This document shows, piece after piece, positions 50,921-60,843 of a stretch of DNA of 64,000 nt (within the stretch, counting starts at the first letter, position 1; each line of letters starts with the position of its first letter). The notes beneath the pieces are model-generated. The model was not told the DNA's origin. It did not search any database and saw only the letters and a program-made list of their open reading frames with translations. Source of the stretch: a virus (Duplodnaviria > Caudoviricetes); IMG/VR virus record IMGVR_UViG_3300032038_000001, positions 1 through 64,000 of that record; one strand, given 5' to 3'. The position numbers were made by a program, and so were the translations under genes.

Positions 50921-51277
50921 ATGAATAAGAACTATCAGGGTTCAGTAAGATTTATTGATGATGAATCGTTACTTACTGAGTCATTTGGTATGACCGGAGA
51001 TATTGTATTTGTAATAGTTCCTGGCAAAACTACGACAACCGAAAAATATGTCAAGGCATCATCTACAACATCAGGTGCTCTTAAAGTTGTAGCTAATGAT
51101 GCTGATCCTTTTGATTCTACAACACAGATCAAGATTGGTGATGTTTCATCGGATGTCGAGGGTGTTGAAGTTGGTGACTATGTAGTAAAGAAAGAAATTT
51201 CTACTACAACTCCTGCAACATCTTCAGCAGCATATGTAAAACTTGATAAGGAATGGATTGCATTCCCAACTGCTTAA
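50921..51277 (+). CDS. Small late protein consisting largely of the phage repeated module
   Basis: SD gaaagga; late promoter at 50875-50886; GALKVVANDADPFDSTTQIKIGDV...VGDYVV. Confidence 0.75.
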   Translation: MNKNYQGSVRFIDDESLLTESFGMTGDIVFVIVPGKTTTTEKYVKASSTTSGALKVVANDADPFDSTTQIKIGDVSSDVEGVEVGDYVVKKEISTTTPATSSAAYVKLDKEWIAFPTA

Positions 51278-51451
51278 AAAATATACTAATAAATAAAAAA
51301 GATGAACTAGGAGAAATTTATTCTCCTAGTTCATCTTTTAAAGTAGACAGGGTTGCATACACATTTATGGGCTTTTGAGCATATTCAACATTAATTTTAT
51401 GTTCATATAAAAAAAGTGAATTATTTTTTTATTTTACTACAACATATAATT

Positions 51452-51798
51452 AATAGAATTTCCATGTTAGAGTGTTAATAGTTAACTCTATTCACCGTTG
51501 GAGATCTAGTAAGTGCCGCATGAACCTATACAACGGTTGAGCGTGACGAACAAGTTCGGTGTACAAACCGTATCAGTTGACGCAACCTGAGCGGCGATTC
51601 CTAGACAGCGCAGCTATAGTGAATAATTCAAGTCTCAGAACATGTTGGAGATAGCATTGAGTATCAGTATACAAGTCTATGATCATATGATAGCTAGTCG
51701 TGGTATTTTCATACCTTTCGAAGGCGTCAGTGGAGGACTATGTTACTTGAGAAAGACGAAGGAGATGTGTTAAAGAGATTTTAAATGCGCTGTCTTTT
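51452..51798 (+). ncRNA. Unassigned structured ncRNA B
   Basis: Own late promoter (51441-51452) and terminator (51821-51865); stems ACCGTTG/CAACGGT and AGACAGCGCA/TGCGCTGTCT; no ORF. Confidence 0.6.
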
Positions 51799-51895
51799 GA
51801 AAATTATTTATCTTTATTATAAAAATATGTGAGAGTGAGGATTTCCTCACTCTCACATATTTTTTTATTATCTATACTATTACATGTTTTGATAT

Positions 51896-53086
51896 TTACT
51901 TCTTCCTCTTTTTAAGTTCAGATATCTGAACTTTGGCTTTTTCTATTTGCTGCATACGGCTATTATTAGCATTTTGTATATTTCTTATAGTATTTCTATT
52001 TTTAAATTTATTTTTAGATAATTCTTCTACTCGTTTATTGGCACGTTCAATTTGTCGTTCTAATAACTCTATGTATGATTCTTGATCCATGATTTTACTG
52101 TCAATTCCACCATACCCATCCTTATTATATAAGTCTGGATGTTTGTCAATTGCATATAATTCTGCTCTATTACTCATATCTATTGCTTTCTTATCTTCAT
52201 CGTCTCGTCTTTTTTCATAGTTCTCATAGCTTTTATCAGCTGCATAATTAACTGCAGCCCCCGTGGCTATACCAGCGGCTATACCAGCAGCAGCTATGCC
52301 AACACCAGTTTTTATCTTTTTATTTCTGAATTTTTTATAGTCTTCATATTTCTTTTTTTCGGCTTCAGTAAGTTTTTCCTTCTTCTTTATCTTTTCTTTT
52401 ATTCTTTTTATTTCTTCTTTATATGCATTACTTGCTTCTAACAGTAATATCATCTTATCTTCAGATAACTTACCTTCATTATATTTTTCAAATATCAAAT
52501 TTGTTATTAACACACTCTCATTAACTTCATTAAATAATGATTTATTTTTATCGATAGCTTCAAGTATATTATAATATTTCTTTTGTGTTGATTTTGGAAG
52601 GATTTTTGGATTTATCTTCTTGAGTTGCATTTTTATATTATTGATTATACTCAATATATTTGCATCCACATATTTTCGTCCATTAGTTGCAGAATGAATT
52701 ATGAGACCAATAGCAGCAAAAATTAATGTAAAAAATCCAGCAGCAATTCCTAAAACTGTTAAATCTAAAAGTATGGCTCTTATTAAAACAATAGAAGATA
52801 ATATTGAACATATAATTGCTCCAATAGCCTTTGATTCTTGTAATCCTAATTCATAAGGTTCTTTTTCAAGAATCATACATATTTTGATAATATCGTCACC
52901 ATATTTATCAATAAATTTCTTACCTTGTGATGCATTGATAAGTTCAGAAGGTAAGGCATCCCGAATTTCACATATTTTATCTACAAGCCCGTCAAATGGA
53001 AAATTAAATAATTTTTCAGTATAAATATCATAATCAAAACTATCATTATTACATTCATAAATTGAATCGTCTAAAAAATTATACAT
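51896..53086 (-). CDS. Two-module inner-head family protein with hydrophobic segments
   Basis: IYTEK and internal LLLEA; late promoter at 53119-53130. Confidence 0.55.
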   Translation of the reverse strand: MYNFLDDSIYECNNDSFDYDIYTEKLFNFPFDGLVDKICEIRDALPSELINASQGKKFIDKYGDDIIKICMILEKEPYELGLQESKAIGAIICSILSSIVLIRAILLDLTVLGIAAGFFTLIFAAIGLIIHSATNGRKYVDANILSIINNIKMQLKKINPKILPKSTQKKYYNILEAIDKNKSLFNEVNESVLITNLIFEKYNEGKLSEDKMILLLEASNAYKEEIKRIKEKIKKKEKLTEAEKKKYEDYKKFRNKKIKTGVGIAAAGIAAGIATGAAVNYAADKSYENYEKRRDDEDKKAIDMSNRAELYAIDKHPDLYNKDGYGGIDSKIMDQESYIELLERQIERANKRVEELSKNKFKNRNTIRNIQNANNSRMQQIEKAKVQISELKKRKK

Positions 53087-53226
53087 ATTATCACACCATC
53101 TTTTCATTAAAAATATTTTATTGATTTGTTTTTTTTGATCAGTCTATCTACACTTTCCCAGTACCAAATTCTTCATGATTTATAATCTCCTTATTTTTTT
53201 CAATCCTTTCAATATATACAAAAAAT

Positions 53227-54564
53227 TTATCTAAAACCTATTTTATTTTTTTTCATACGTTGACGTTCTTGCTGTTCTCTCTCAAGTCTATGACCATCCT
53301 CTAGACCTTGTTTATAATAGTCTCTATTCAACTCTCTAGTCATACGTTTATATTTTTCAGCCATTTTATCATCATGATTTTGAAGTGCTATAGATCCTCC
53401 AATTACTGCAGCTCCTGCTAATGCTGCAGCACCAACGCCTTTTGTAATTTTCTCATTTTTATTACGTTTTGCTTTTAATAATACTCTCTTCTCAGCAGGA
53501 AAAAGTTCTTCTCCTCTTTTATATTTATTATAAACTCGATTTATTTCAGCAGCAGTTATCTCACCATATAAGTATTGGTCTTCAAGTTGTTTATTATATT
53601 TTTTATCTGCTGCAGTTTTTAATTTTTTAACTTTACAATTTTTAATAGCATTAGAATAATTCGCTTCTAGTAATAAATCATTTCTATCAATATGAGCTTC
53701 AAACGCACAAATGGTATCAATTAAATTCATAGTAGATTCATAAGTAATAATATCTCTATCATATCTTTCTACAACTGATTCAATCATATATAGATATTTA
53801 TATGAATCACTGATAATATCATCAACAGAACCTTTTATATAAATTTTTTTATCTTTTCCAATATGAAGTTTTTTACCATATTTTGATGCTCTCCATTCTC
53901 TGTTCTTTTTTAATAAATTTTTATTATATGCAGCAACTTCATCATTTATCTCTTTAGCTTCACGGTCAAATTGACGTCCTATTTGTTTAACATATTTTTT
54001 TGATATTTTTTGTTTATTATCAGTCCCTTGTCCATAATATCGTCTTACCGCTTCTTTATCACGTTCATTGTCTAGTAAGTCTACTCCGTTGTCAAGATTA
54101 ATTCCTGATTTTCTATAACTAGCAACATATTCATGTTTCCATGCAGGTAAAGATACTTTTCCGCCACCTTTTACTTTATATCTTTTAGCATTATTAGCCC
54201 TCTTTTCAACGTTGCTAACCTTAGCTTCTACTGCATTAACTTCAGAAACTGTCTTGGCATTTGATAAATCACTTTTAGCTTCTTTTAAAGAGGCGTTAAA
54301 TTTTTCTCGTAAATTTAATAAATTTTTCTCACCATCGGTATCGCCACTTTTTTTACAAAGAACAATAACTGCTGAAATACCTGCTACAACTAAGAGTGTT
54401 GCTGCAATCTTTTTAGCAACAGCTTTCTTCTTCTTAGCAAGTTCTTTTTTCTCATTATTATCATTATTATCATTCTTATCTGCTTCTAATAATAATATCA
54501 TCGTATCTTCACTAAATTTACCCTCAGCATATTTCTCAAATATTAAATCTGTTAAATCATACAT
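53227..54564 (-). CDS. Two-module inner-head family protein with hydrophobic segments
   Basis: LIFEKY.EGK.SED.MILLLEA shared with the 51896 gene; late promoter at 54634-54645. Confidence 0.55.
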   Translation of the reverse strand: MYDLTDLIFEKYAEGKFSEDTMILLLEADKNDNNDNNEKKELAKKKKAVAKKIAATLLVVAGISAVIVLCKKSGDTDGEKNLLNLREKFNASLKEAKSDLSNAKTVSEVNAVEAKVSNVEKRANNAKRYKVKGGGKVSLPAWKHEYVASYRKSGINLDNGVDLLDNERDKEAVRRYYGQGTDNKQKISKKYVKQIGRQFDREAKEINDEVAAYNKNLLKKNREWRASKYGKKLHIGKDKKIYIKGSVDDIISDSYKYLYMIESVVERYDRDIITYESTMNLIDTICAFEAHIDRNDLLLEANYSNAIKNCKVKKLKTAADKKYNKQLEDQYLYGEITAAEINRVYNKYKRGEELFPAEKRVLLKAKRNKNEKITKGVGAAALAGAAVIGGSIALQNHDDKMAEKYKRMTRELNRDYYKQGLEDGHRLEREQQERQRMKKNKIGFR

Positions 54565-54713
54565 TTCAATTCACTCCTTTACAAATATAAAAAAAACTGG
54601 TATGATGAATATTCATCATACCAGTTTCATCATTATTAAATTGTTTTTTTTTTGTATAAATATGAAAATTATCTAATACACTTCTTTAAAATTTTTTAAA
54701 TAGGTGAATAACA

Positions 54714-55763
54714 ATGACAAATAAAGAAACTAAACTTGATTTAATTCACGCCCTTGCTAATAGGGATGTATATTTTAAACAAGTAAATGATGTTGAATAT
54801 AGAACTAGATGCCCTTTTTGTGGTGATTCTGATAAAAAATGGACTGGACATCTGTATATAAGAATTAATCCAGATGATAATTTTAATCCAGTTTTTCATT
54901 GTTTTAAATGTGAAGAATCTGGTATTATTAATGCTGATAATTTATCTACATTTGATATAGATGATGTTAATCTTAAAGCAAATCTTTCAACTCTTAACAA
55001 AACATCAAAAAAAGTTGATAATAAAAATATATCAAGTGGTACTAGAAACAAATATTTTGATTATCAACTTCCAGAAATAAAAAGAGGAAAGAAAACTGAG
55101 TATATAGAAAAAAGACTTGGGCTTAAATTCAATGAAGAACAATTCAAAAAAATGAAGTTGGTAACTTCATTAAGGGATTTCTTAATTTTAAACGGAATTA
55201 AAAAACTTACATGTAAAAATCAAATAGCGTATATGTTGGAAGACCATTATGTAGGATTTTTATCTTTTGGTAATTCTCATATACTATTTAGAGATATAAC
55301 CGATAAGGAACACATAAAATGGATAAAATATCCTATAACTGAAGAAAGTAAAGACAACAGATTATTCTATTCGATGGAAGCCTCTATTGATGTTATGAGT
55401 ACCGAACAGTTAACAATAAATCTAGCTGAAGGAGTGTTGGATACACTATCTGCTTGCTATAATTTAGGATTTAATGATTCTAACACTATGAATATTTCAG
55501 TGTCTGGAAAGTATTATGATAGATTATTACTATATTTAATAGATATGGGTTTAGTTGGTAGTAATATCATAATAAATATATTTTCAGATAATGATGCTAT
55601 GTATAATAAAAAAAATAATAATCCAACAACTATAGAATACTATAGGAATCTGCTTAAGAATTATAAGCACTTGTATGGGCAAGTGAACGTGTATTATAAT
55701 TTAGCTGGAAAAGATATAGGAGTTCCAAGACAAGAAATAAGTCTAAAAAAAATAATATTATAA
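54714..55763 (+). CDS. DNA primase (zinc ribbon + TOPRIM)
   Basis: RCPFCGDS...FHCFKC; AEGVLD; FSDND. Confidence 0.88.
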   Translation: MTNKETKLDLIHALANRDVYFKQVNDVEYRTRCPFCGDSDKKWTGHLYIRINPDDNFNPVFHCFKCEESGIINADNLSTFDIDDVNLKANLSTLNKTSKKVDNKNISSGTRNKYFDYQLPEIKRGKKTEYIEKRLGLKFNEEQFKKMKLVTSLRDFLILNGIKKLTCKNQIAYMLEDHYVGFLSFGNSHILFRDITDKEHIKWIKYPITEESKDNRLFYSMEASIDVMSTEQLTINLAEGVLDTLSACYNLGFNDSNTMNISVSGKYYDRLLLYLIDMGLVGSNIIINIFSDNDAMYNKKNNNPTTIEYYRNLLKNYKHLYGQVNVYYNLAGKDIGVPRQEISLKKIIL

Positions 55764-55835
55764 AAAAATAATGGTGGTGTGTAAGATTAAATCTTACACA
55801 CCACCATTTATTCAATTCAGATTTTTACATTCTTC

Positions 55836-57965
55836 TTATTGTATAAAAGTCTTCTTTATATATTCTTTATAGTCATTAACTCCAACTATTGGAATATTAT
55901 ATTTCTTAGCTTTTTCAACTTTAGAAGACTCTACACCAATGACCGGAACTACTAGAACTGATGTGTCTTTAGTAAGGCTATCTTTAACCTCCCCACCATT
56001 TTCAACAGTCCACTGCTCAAGTTCTTTATCTCTTACCTTAGTGAAAACTACTGAAAATCTTGAACCAGACTTTTTGTCTTCTAGTAATATCAGTTCATTT
56101 TCAAGAAATTCTATCAGTTTCTCATTATCTCTAACACCATCAATTATTTTTCGAGCTGTTTTATCTTTTATACCTGGTATAACAGTAAGAACCGCTACAG
56201 CTTTTTCTGGTTTATCATCAAGAGATAACTCTAACAGGTCATCAAATGAAATCATACTAAATACTTTCTCAAATGTTTTAGTAGATACTCCTTCAATACC
56301 AAGAGAACCTAACATCTGAGAATTTGGTACTTCTTTATGTGCATTGATTTCATTGATAAACAAATCAACACTCCTACTACCAAACCCATCAAGTTTTTCA
56401 ATTTTCTTTCTATGCTTTTCAAGCTTATAGATATCCTCAATTTTTTCAAGATACCCTTGTTCATAAAGGGCATCTACTGTCGCATATGATATACCATCTA
56501 TATGCATTTTATTAAAATAATTGAGAATTCTACCTTTTATTTTACAGGGGCATTTTGGATTATTGCAAAACATAATGTCTCCACTTTCAGATGTTTCAAG
56601 TGGTTCCATACACTCTGGGCAACACCACGGTAACTCTATTGGTTCATTTCCTGATTTTTTACACTTAGGGTCATTCGGGTCAAATACAATATATGGAATT
56701 ATATCATATAATACTTTTACCTTATCACCCTTAGCAAGACTAAGATCTTTAAATCTTCCCATAGAACCAAGAGATACGTTTTCTATTGTGTTACCTTTAA
56801 GCTTAATAGGTTTAATTTCAGCAACAGGATTTATTCTACCAAATAGCCCAGCTGTAAATTTTATATTCTTTATCTTTGAATATCCAACTTCTTCAGTAAA
56901 CTTATAAGCAACTTCAAATTTTTGTTTATTATCAGACCTACCAAGTATCTTCTGAATTTCAGGATTAATGATATATATTACCATACCATCACATCTTAGA
57001 CCATTGGTATATTTGTGATCAAATGCAAACTTTCGCATAGCTTCTCTATCAGAAAGTCTGCATCTTAAATATGGAGTATTAAATGCTCCAGGAGCTAACT
57101 CTTGTAACGATTCAACTTTACCATATTTTTCATCAGGTACAAGCTTGGAATATCTGAGTTGCATTATCTGTAAATAATTAACTCGATCATCAACTTCATC
57201 AGAATTTAGTATACTCGATACTATCGACCGTGACTGTTTATAGTCAGTATGATATTCTTTATTATATCTTTCAAAGTCTTCATCTGACATCATTATCTCT
57301 GTTTTAATGCCATATTCAGTATCCATTTCAGGACCTTTGTCAACCCAATTAAATATATGCGTTATATCTTGAGCTTCATTTGTCTCAGTGAATCCTCTTG
57401 TTAATACTCTCTGGAGATAACCGTCCTTTGAATATTCAAATATAGCAGACACACCATCAAACTTAGGAAAACAGTAAATTTCTTCATCTGAAAGATTTAC
57501 CTGTTCACCAGTTTTCGAGAATATCTTTGCTTCAGATGATTTAATCCAGTCATCAAGAGTTCTTCTACTTTTATTCTCAAGATTATCTTCATCAGTCAAC
57601 GCATATACCTTATCAAGTGTACCTCTAAGAGATGGATACTTATGATATCCAACTTTTCCATTTGTAACAATGGGAACAGTTATACCAAGAGTATCATCAA
57701 CCTGTGATAACATTTCATAAATCTTGTCATACTCCGAATCTGTCATACCTGTTTCTTCGCCTGAATAATTGTAAATCGTCTGAGCGCAGTCAACCAGTAC
57801 CTTCACATTGCTTACGTCTTCATGAGGTATTTCATCAAATTCAAGTGTTTTTTCAATCTCTTCACGTACCTCAGTTGATTTCATTAAATCAATAAGGTCA
57901 CTTAATTTTTCTGGATGACTCGAAACCTCACTTTCAAGTTTCTGCAGTTTGTCAAAAATATACAT
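55836..57965 (-). CDS. ligA: NAD-dependent DNA ligase
   Basis: MTDSEYD, KFDG, TRG, DGMVI, AYKF, zinc finger and BRCT; ATG at 57965 with SD. Confidence 0.93.
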   Translation of the reverse strand: MYIFDKLQKLESEVSSHPEKLSDLIDLMKSTEVREEIEKTLEFDEIPHEDVSNVKVLVDCAQTIYNYSGEETGMTDSEYDKIYEMLSQVDDTLGITVPIVTNGKVGYHKYPSLRGTLDKVYALTDEDNLENKSRRTLDDWIKSSEAKIFSKTGEQVNLSDEEIYCFPKFDGVSAIFEYSKDGYLQRVLTRGFTETNEAQDITHIFNWVDKGPEMDTEYGIKTEIMMSDEDFERYNKEYHTDYKQSRSIVSSILNSDEVDDRVNYLQIMQLRYSKLVPDEKYGKVESLQELAPGAFNTPYLRCRLSDREAMRKFAFDHKYTNGLRCDGMVIYIINPEIQKILGRSDNKQKFEVAYKFTEEVGYSKIKNIKFTAGLFGRINPVAEIKPIKLKGNTIENVSLGSMGRFKDLSLAKGDKVKVLYDIIPYIVFDPNDPKCKKSGNEPIELPWCCPECMEPLETSESGDIMFCNNPKCPCKIKGRILNYFNKMHIDGISYATVDALYEQGYLEKIEDIYKLEKHRKKIEKLDGFGSRSVDLFINEINAHKEVPNSQMLGSLGIEGVSTKTFEKVFSMISFDDLLELSLDDKPEKAVAVLTVIPGIKDKTARKIIDGVRDNEKLIEFLENELILLEDKKSGSRFSVVFTKVRDKELEQWTVENGGEVKDSLTKDTSVLVVPVIGVESSKVEKAKKYNIPIVGVNDYKEYIKKTFIQ

Positions 57966-58078
57966 ACTAATACTCCTTTCAAAAAATTTTTTTATAAGTA
58001 TGATTATATGAAAAATAATATATAATAGTAAAAAAGAAGCTGGCACTGTTATATCTCAACAGTGCCAGCTTAAAAGAA

Positions 58079-60412
58079 TTACATAAATTTGCCAGTAAAC
58101 TCATCCAGCATAAATGGTGTTAATATCTTTTTATCAGTAGGATATTTATCCGGCTGATCGGTACAGATGAGATCAGCTTCTTCAGCTGTATCTACAATAA
58201 TTCCACGTGCGGGAGTATTGTACCTAATGATATCTGCCATGCTAGTACGATTTCTCATCAGCACTGATCTTACAGCATTTCGGATAGTACTGTGAGTTGA
58301 ATTTATATTTCTGGTTGCGCCCTGAACATCTGCAGTCATATCAACCCAGTATACTTCTCTATCAACCAGGTCTATGACAACTGGTATAACCGAAGTCGAT
58401 TCTGAGTTTATGTCCATGTTCATTTCAACCTTCTCAGGAATGAAAATAGATTTCTGATCAACTATATCGTTGTCAGTCATTTCCATATACCCTGCTCTTG
58501 AGTTGAATTTCTCAAATGGCATTGACGTAAATGAGTGTACTGTTATAATACAGTATCGGTAACCTGCTGTTACAGCCTTGTTGATATTAACATCAACAAA
58601 CTCCGTTGAACCAAGACCGTCCTCTGGTCCACCATTCACAATGTCACCACTGTGGATACATATATAATTATTGTCACTATCTCTTAGCCTCATATTAGTA
58701 TAGTTTACATACTCAATCACTTTTGGCTTGTCGAGACTATCAATGAAGATTGCAGATAAATCTTCATCAACTCTTATCTCACAGCCAGTATCATCATTAT
58801 AGTTCGTCCACCAACAGAACGACCTTAAAATGTTTGTGTCTGGTTTGAGTTTCCATTTGCTTCCTCTAGTACAAGGTCGCATGCTATCGCTAGCAGATCT
58901 CTGGCTGAAGGGTACAATATACCCTTCGAAACTGGGATCTATATAGATACCACCTATATAAGGTTTTCCCATATTTCTCATTTTAAGAACCAATGAATTA
59001 ATTCTAATTATGTCCTTACATATACTAGAATCAATTGGTGTCATTGTATTCTCTATTGAAAATACCTTTGAGATATCTCCTTTTATGATAAAATCTCGCA
59101 TGGGTTTATTTTCCATACGATCTTTAAAATGATCTGTTATCTGGTATAGCATCAGGCTAGGTAAGTCTTCAATTATATCTCGATAAATTGATAACACTTC
59201 TCTTTTTTCTTCGATAGAAGAATTCGAGAGCTTTGAAAGAAGTCTGTCTAAAGACCTTCCAAGCATGCCAGGTCTGGTCTTGAGTTCATTAGCAGCAGCA
59301 ATAATCTGACCATTATTGATGAGTTTTTCAACTTGAGAATTGAAGCTTTCAGGTCTCTTACCATTTCTAATTGATGAGAAAGCCCTTACCGCACCCGTGT
59401 AGATATTGATATATTTACCTGGGTGAATTTTTTCACCAACACGTTTCCAGATTTCTGGGTAACGCCACATATCATCTATGACGTTATAGATATTCTTTTG
59501 GCACAGATTATTCAACGCGTTCATTAAAAATCGATATTCTCGATTTTTGAGGTTTACAAACCTCGTCTTCTTACTAAGACTTACATCTCCTCCAGAAAGT
59601 GCAACGTAAAAACGAAGAATATCTGTTGCAGTTTTGAGATTTTTCTCAACCTCAACAAAATTAATTTTATTATTTTTGCTGAGTTGACCAAGAACGAACA
59701 TTGCATTTTCTTTAAAAGGCATCTCTGGTAACACCATTGGAACATACAAATGTTCAATATAAAAGGCGATGAACCTCTTATCGTCATCAGACAATGAAAC
59801 TGGCGACGTTGATATGTTTATAAACATATCGTCGATCTCTGTCAGAGATTTTACCAATGAAATTCTCTTAAGAGAATTGAGTGAATTTTTAATAATGGTT
59901 TCAAAATCTGATGAGCGTTTTTCTTTTTCAGCTACAAGATAGCTGAGTCTTTCAGCATCTCTAGGCTGAAAGATTCCATCTGTCATATAATGAATTACGG
60001 CATTAAACAGTAATTCATCGTCAGACATTTCCATGACTTCGTACGGAAATCCTGGATACATCGGGATGTAAACTTTATCATCCCCGGTTATTTTTCGAAC
60101 CGTTTCTACAATGGATTTTAAAGCTCTACCTATGTCAGCAAGTGTCTTTTCACTTGCTCCATTATATTCATTGATGATAAAGTTATTATCATCAGGAGTT
60201 ATAATGTACCCCATTCGCATTAATTCAGCATTAGCGGTTGCCAGAACTGCTTCAATAGTAGAATTTCTGGCTTCTATGTTTTCCGACTTCTCGGGAATGA
60301 TAGGCCAGAAAACCGAACATCTTCTTTTCATAAGATGTTCATTTAATCTGTCCATAATAAATGGACTGTTAAAGTTAACATTAGTTCTTGTGTTTGTACT
60401 TGTTTTCATCAT
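58079..60412 (-). CDS. Large alpha-helical protein with C-terminal TerD-like domain
   Basis: TATDILR, WKRVGEKIHPG and RPGMLGRSLDRLL; C-terminal VDEDLSA...HSGDIVNG...TEFVD, a TerD-type pattern. Confidence 0.7.
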   Translation of the reverse strand: MMKTSTNTRTNVNFNSPFIMDRLNEHLMKRRCSVFWPIIPEKSENIEARNSTIEAVLATANAELMRMGYIITPDDNNFIINEYNGASEKTLADIGRALKSIVETVRKITGDDKVYIPMYPGFPYEVMEMSDDELLFNAVIHYMTDGIFQPRDAERLSYLVAEKEKRSSDFETIIKNSLNSLKRISLVKSLTEIDDMFINISTSPVSLSDDDKRFIAFYIEHLYVPMVLPEMPFKENAMFVLGQLSKNNKINFVEVEKNLKTATDILRFYVALSGGDVSLSKKTRFVNLKNREYRFLMNALNNLCQKNIYNVIDDMWRYPEIWKRVGEKIHPGKYINIYTGAVRAFSSIRNGKRPESFNSQVEKLINNGQIIAAANELKTRPGMLGRSLDRLLSKLSNSSIEEKREVLSIYRDIIEDLPSLMLYQITDHFKDRMENKPMRDFIIKGDISKVFSIENTMTPIDSSICKDIIRINSLVLKMRNMGKPYIGGIYIDPSFEGYIVPFSQRSASDSMRPCTRGSKWKLKPDTNILRSFCWWTNYNDDTGCEIRVDEDLSAIFIDSLDKPKVIEYVNYTNMRLRDSDNNYICIHSGDIVNGGPEDGLGSTEFVDVNINKAVTAGYRYCIITVHSFTSMPFEKFNSRAGYMEMTDNDIVDQKSIFIPEKVEMNMDINSESTSVIPVVIDLVDREVYWVDMTADVQGATRNINSTHSTIRNAVRSVLMRNRTSMADIIRYNTPARGIIVDTAEEADLICTDQPDKYPTDKKILTPFMLDEFTGKFM

Positions 60413-60489
60413 TTTTTCATCCTTTCAAATTAGCTTACTGACTGTACACAATTTTTTAAGTCAGTAAATAGTTTGGCGTTTAAATAAAA

Positions 60490-60529
60490 AATAAACTGGA
60501 GAACCTGTGCACGGATTCTCCAGTTTATT
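60490..60529 (-). terminator. Intrinsic terminator/attenuator upstream of the TerD-domain gene
   Basis: aataaactggagaa/ttctccagtttatt stem followed by a U-run on the minus strand. Confidence 0.75.
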
Positions 60530-60533
60530 GATA

Positions 60534-60729
60534 GTTTAAACTCATGTTTCATATTTTGTATCTTAAGCATTGAAACTAGTATATTCTTTTCATTTTTTTT
60601 TTAATTAGAAGGAAGTTTCAATATATTGATATTATGAATCATGAGTTAAACTTTTTGTAACCCACTTAAGCAAAAACAGTAGAATACAAATATAATTCTT
60701 TTTAGAAGGAACTGTTTTCATAGTGTGGG
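60534..60729 (-). ncRNA. Tandem pair of homologous structured RNA motifs
   Basis: Two units (60534-60652, 60661-60729) share CTTAAGC, ATTCTTT and TTAGAAGGAA with different but paired stems; early promoter at 60771-60780. Confidence 0.65.
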
Positions 60730-60843
60730 AGGATTTATGAAAGAATATTTTCTTTCACTATTACCATAATATATTATATAATTAAAAGTAAAAAAGTGTT
60801 TTTCACTTTTTTGATTAATTTAATGTATATTTGTAAATAAAAA

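Noticed and set aside
50488-51798. tmRNA, RNase P RNA, SRP RNA or retron msr-msd
   Set aside because: No tRNA-like ends or tag frame, no GAGGAAAGUCC/P4, no SRP domain IV motif, and no reverse transcriptase in the window.
53145-53195. Tiny ORF MKNLVLGKCR with an SD on the minus strand
   Set aside because: Only 10 codons with no other support; possibly a gene remnant.
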